Shown here: one piece after another, positions 51,843 through 52,562 of the stretch
How the letters are laid out: the number at the start of each line of letters is the position of its first letter
How positions within the stretch are numbered: position 1 is the first letter of the stretch
Assembly (NCBI GenBank): GCA_900128585.1
Contig: LT642159.1
Location: 1-52,562 of the forward strand
Reading direction: 5' to 3'
Source of the DNA: Stramenopiles sp. TOSAG23-3
Lineage: Eukaryota
DNA: 52,562 nucleotides
Notes under the pieces: generated by a model
What the model saw: the letters and a program-made list of their open reading frames with translations, nothing else
What the model was told of the DNA's origin: nothing
The model's database searches: none
Program-made: the position numbers and the translations under genes

Positions 51843-52467
51843 CTTAAACTGGTCAAAATCGAAACCGAGTTATACAAAGCAAGAAATACCAAAACCCCTG
51901 TTCACCGCGGATACGCCTGGACCAAAATGCGCGCCTTGGGGTCTAACCGTTATACTCTTAATGTTCCTTCCTGCCGTCTTTCCTAGGGAGGGAGGGGCCG
52001 AATACTTTATTGATGCTCCTTTTCTTCCCTGTAACTTCACTGTTAATTTGGAAAACGATCATTTACATCTACATTGAACACTTTAAAAACACAAAATTGT
52101 AAAAAATCTCTCTCTGAAGATACGCAGGAGACCGGAGGCGGTATAGGTGTCAATTAATAATCATCCAAAAGTAGTAGTATTCCACCCACCAGCTCTTGAC
52201 TAGCAGACTAGCAGCAGAGGATAGAAGACAGAAAAAGAAAAGAAGAAGGGGGGGGATGAAGTGAAACGGCCCTGCTCCCTGCTACTGGTATTTATACTTG
52301 GTACCCTACCTGCATCACAGTCTTACGAATTATTTTGTTACTCTCTTCTTGTTATTACAGTACTGTATTAATATTAAAATAATTATATAATATTCAACAT
52401 TACATTACGACACATACGTACTACAAACGAGGAATATTATTAATACCCTCCCTCCTCCCGGGGAAAA

Positions 52468-52562
52468 TCTTCTTCTTCTTCTTCTTCTTCTTCTTCTTCT
52501 TCTTCTTCTTCTTCTTCTTCTTCTTTCTCTTCTTCTTCTTCTTCTTCTTCTTCTTCTTCTTC
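52468..52562. repeat. (CTT)n microsatellite running to the window end
   Basis: About 95 nt of CTT with one interruption near 52525. Confidence 0.95.

Noticed and set aside
1217-52077. Numerous 60-270 aa ORFs antisense to or overlapping the main genes
   Set aside because: They are shadows of GC-balanced coding sequence with no recognisable motifs; the overlapping main ORFs carry the family signatures.
1-52562. tRNA, rRNA or non-standard genetic code
   Set aside because: No cloverleaf with T-loop context or rRNA signature was seen by eye. TAA, TAG and TGA all terminate conserved genes at the expected positions. tRNAscan-SE and Infernal would be needed to exclude small RNAs.

Overview
Gene-dense eukaryotic genomic DNA, probably from a protist (a stramenopile-like affinity is my inference and is unverified). 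It holds 24 apparently intronless protein-coding genes in GC-balanced blocks, separated by very AT-rich spacers, and reads in the standard genetic code. Recognisable housekeeping genes: RNA polymerase III subunits RPC1 and RPC11, alanine aminotransferase ending in SKL, CWC25, TAF2, an RWDD2-like protein, TFIP11 (split by a +1 frameshift), cytosolic prolyl-tRNA synthetase, an SMYD methyltransferase, PDCD2, a coactosin-like protein, a hydroxylysine-kinase-like protein and a SERF-like protein. The most interesting signals are: (i) a dispersed ~190-nt repeat family with an internal ~55-nt dimer and an AAATAACAGCCAATTTTCTTGTTTTTAAT tail, found only on the 3' side of genes; (ii) a 294-bp MITE-like element with ~62-bp inverted arms; (iii) a divergent pair of secreted paralogs sharing an unfamiliar IPSPxGxxxxxPDxLPxWMRPxxD motif; (iv) odd domain fusions (PSI + cyanovirin-like + J + thioredoxin; a multipass membrane protein with a chromodomain-like tail; a secreted tandem Tudor-like protein); (v) recurring spacer motifs TA(GTC)nTA and GTAC clusters. 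I recognised no rRNA, tRNA, CRISPR array or transposase. All family assignments come from motif recognition, not database searches.
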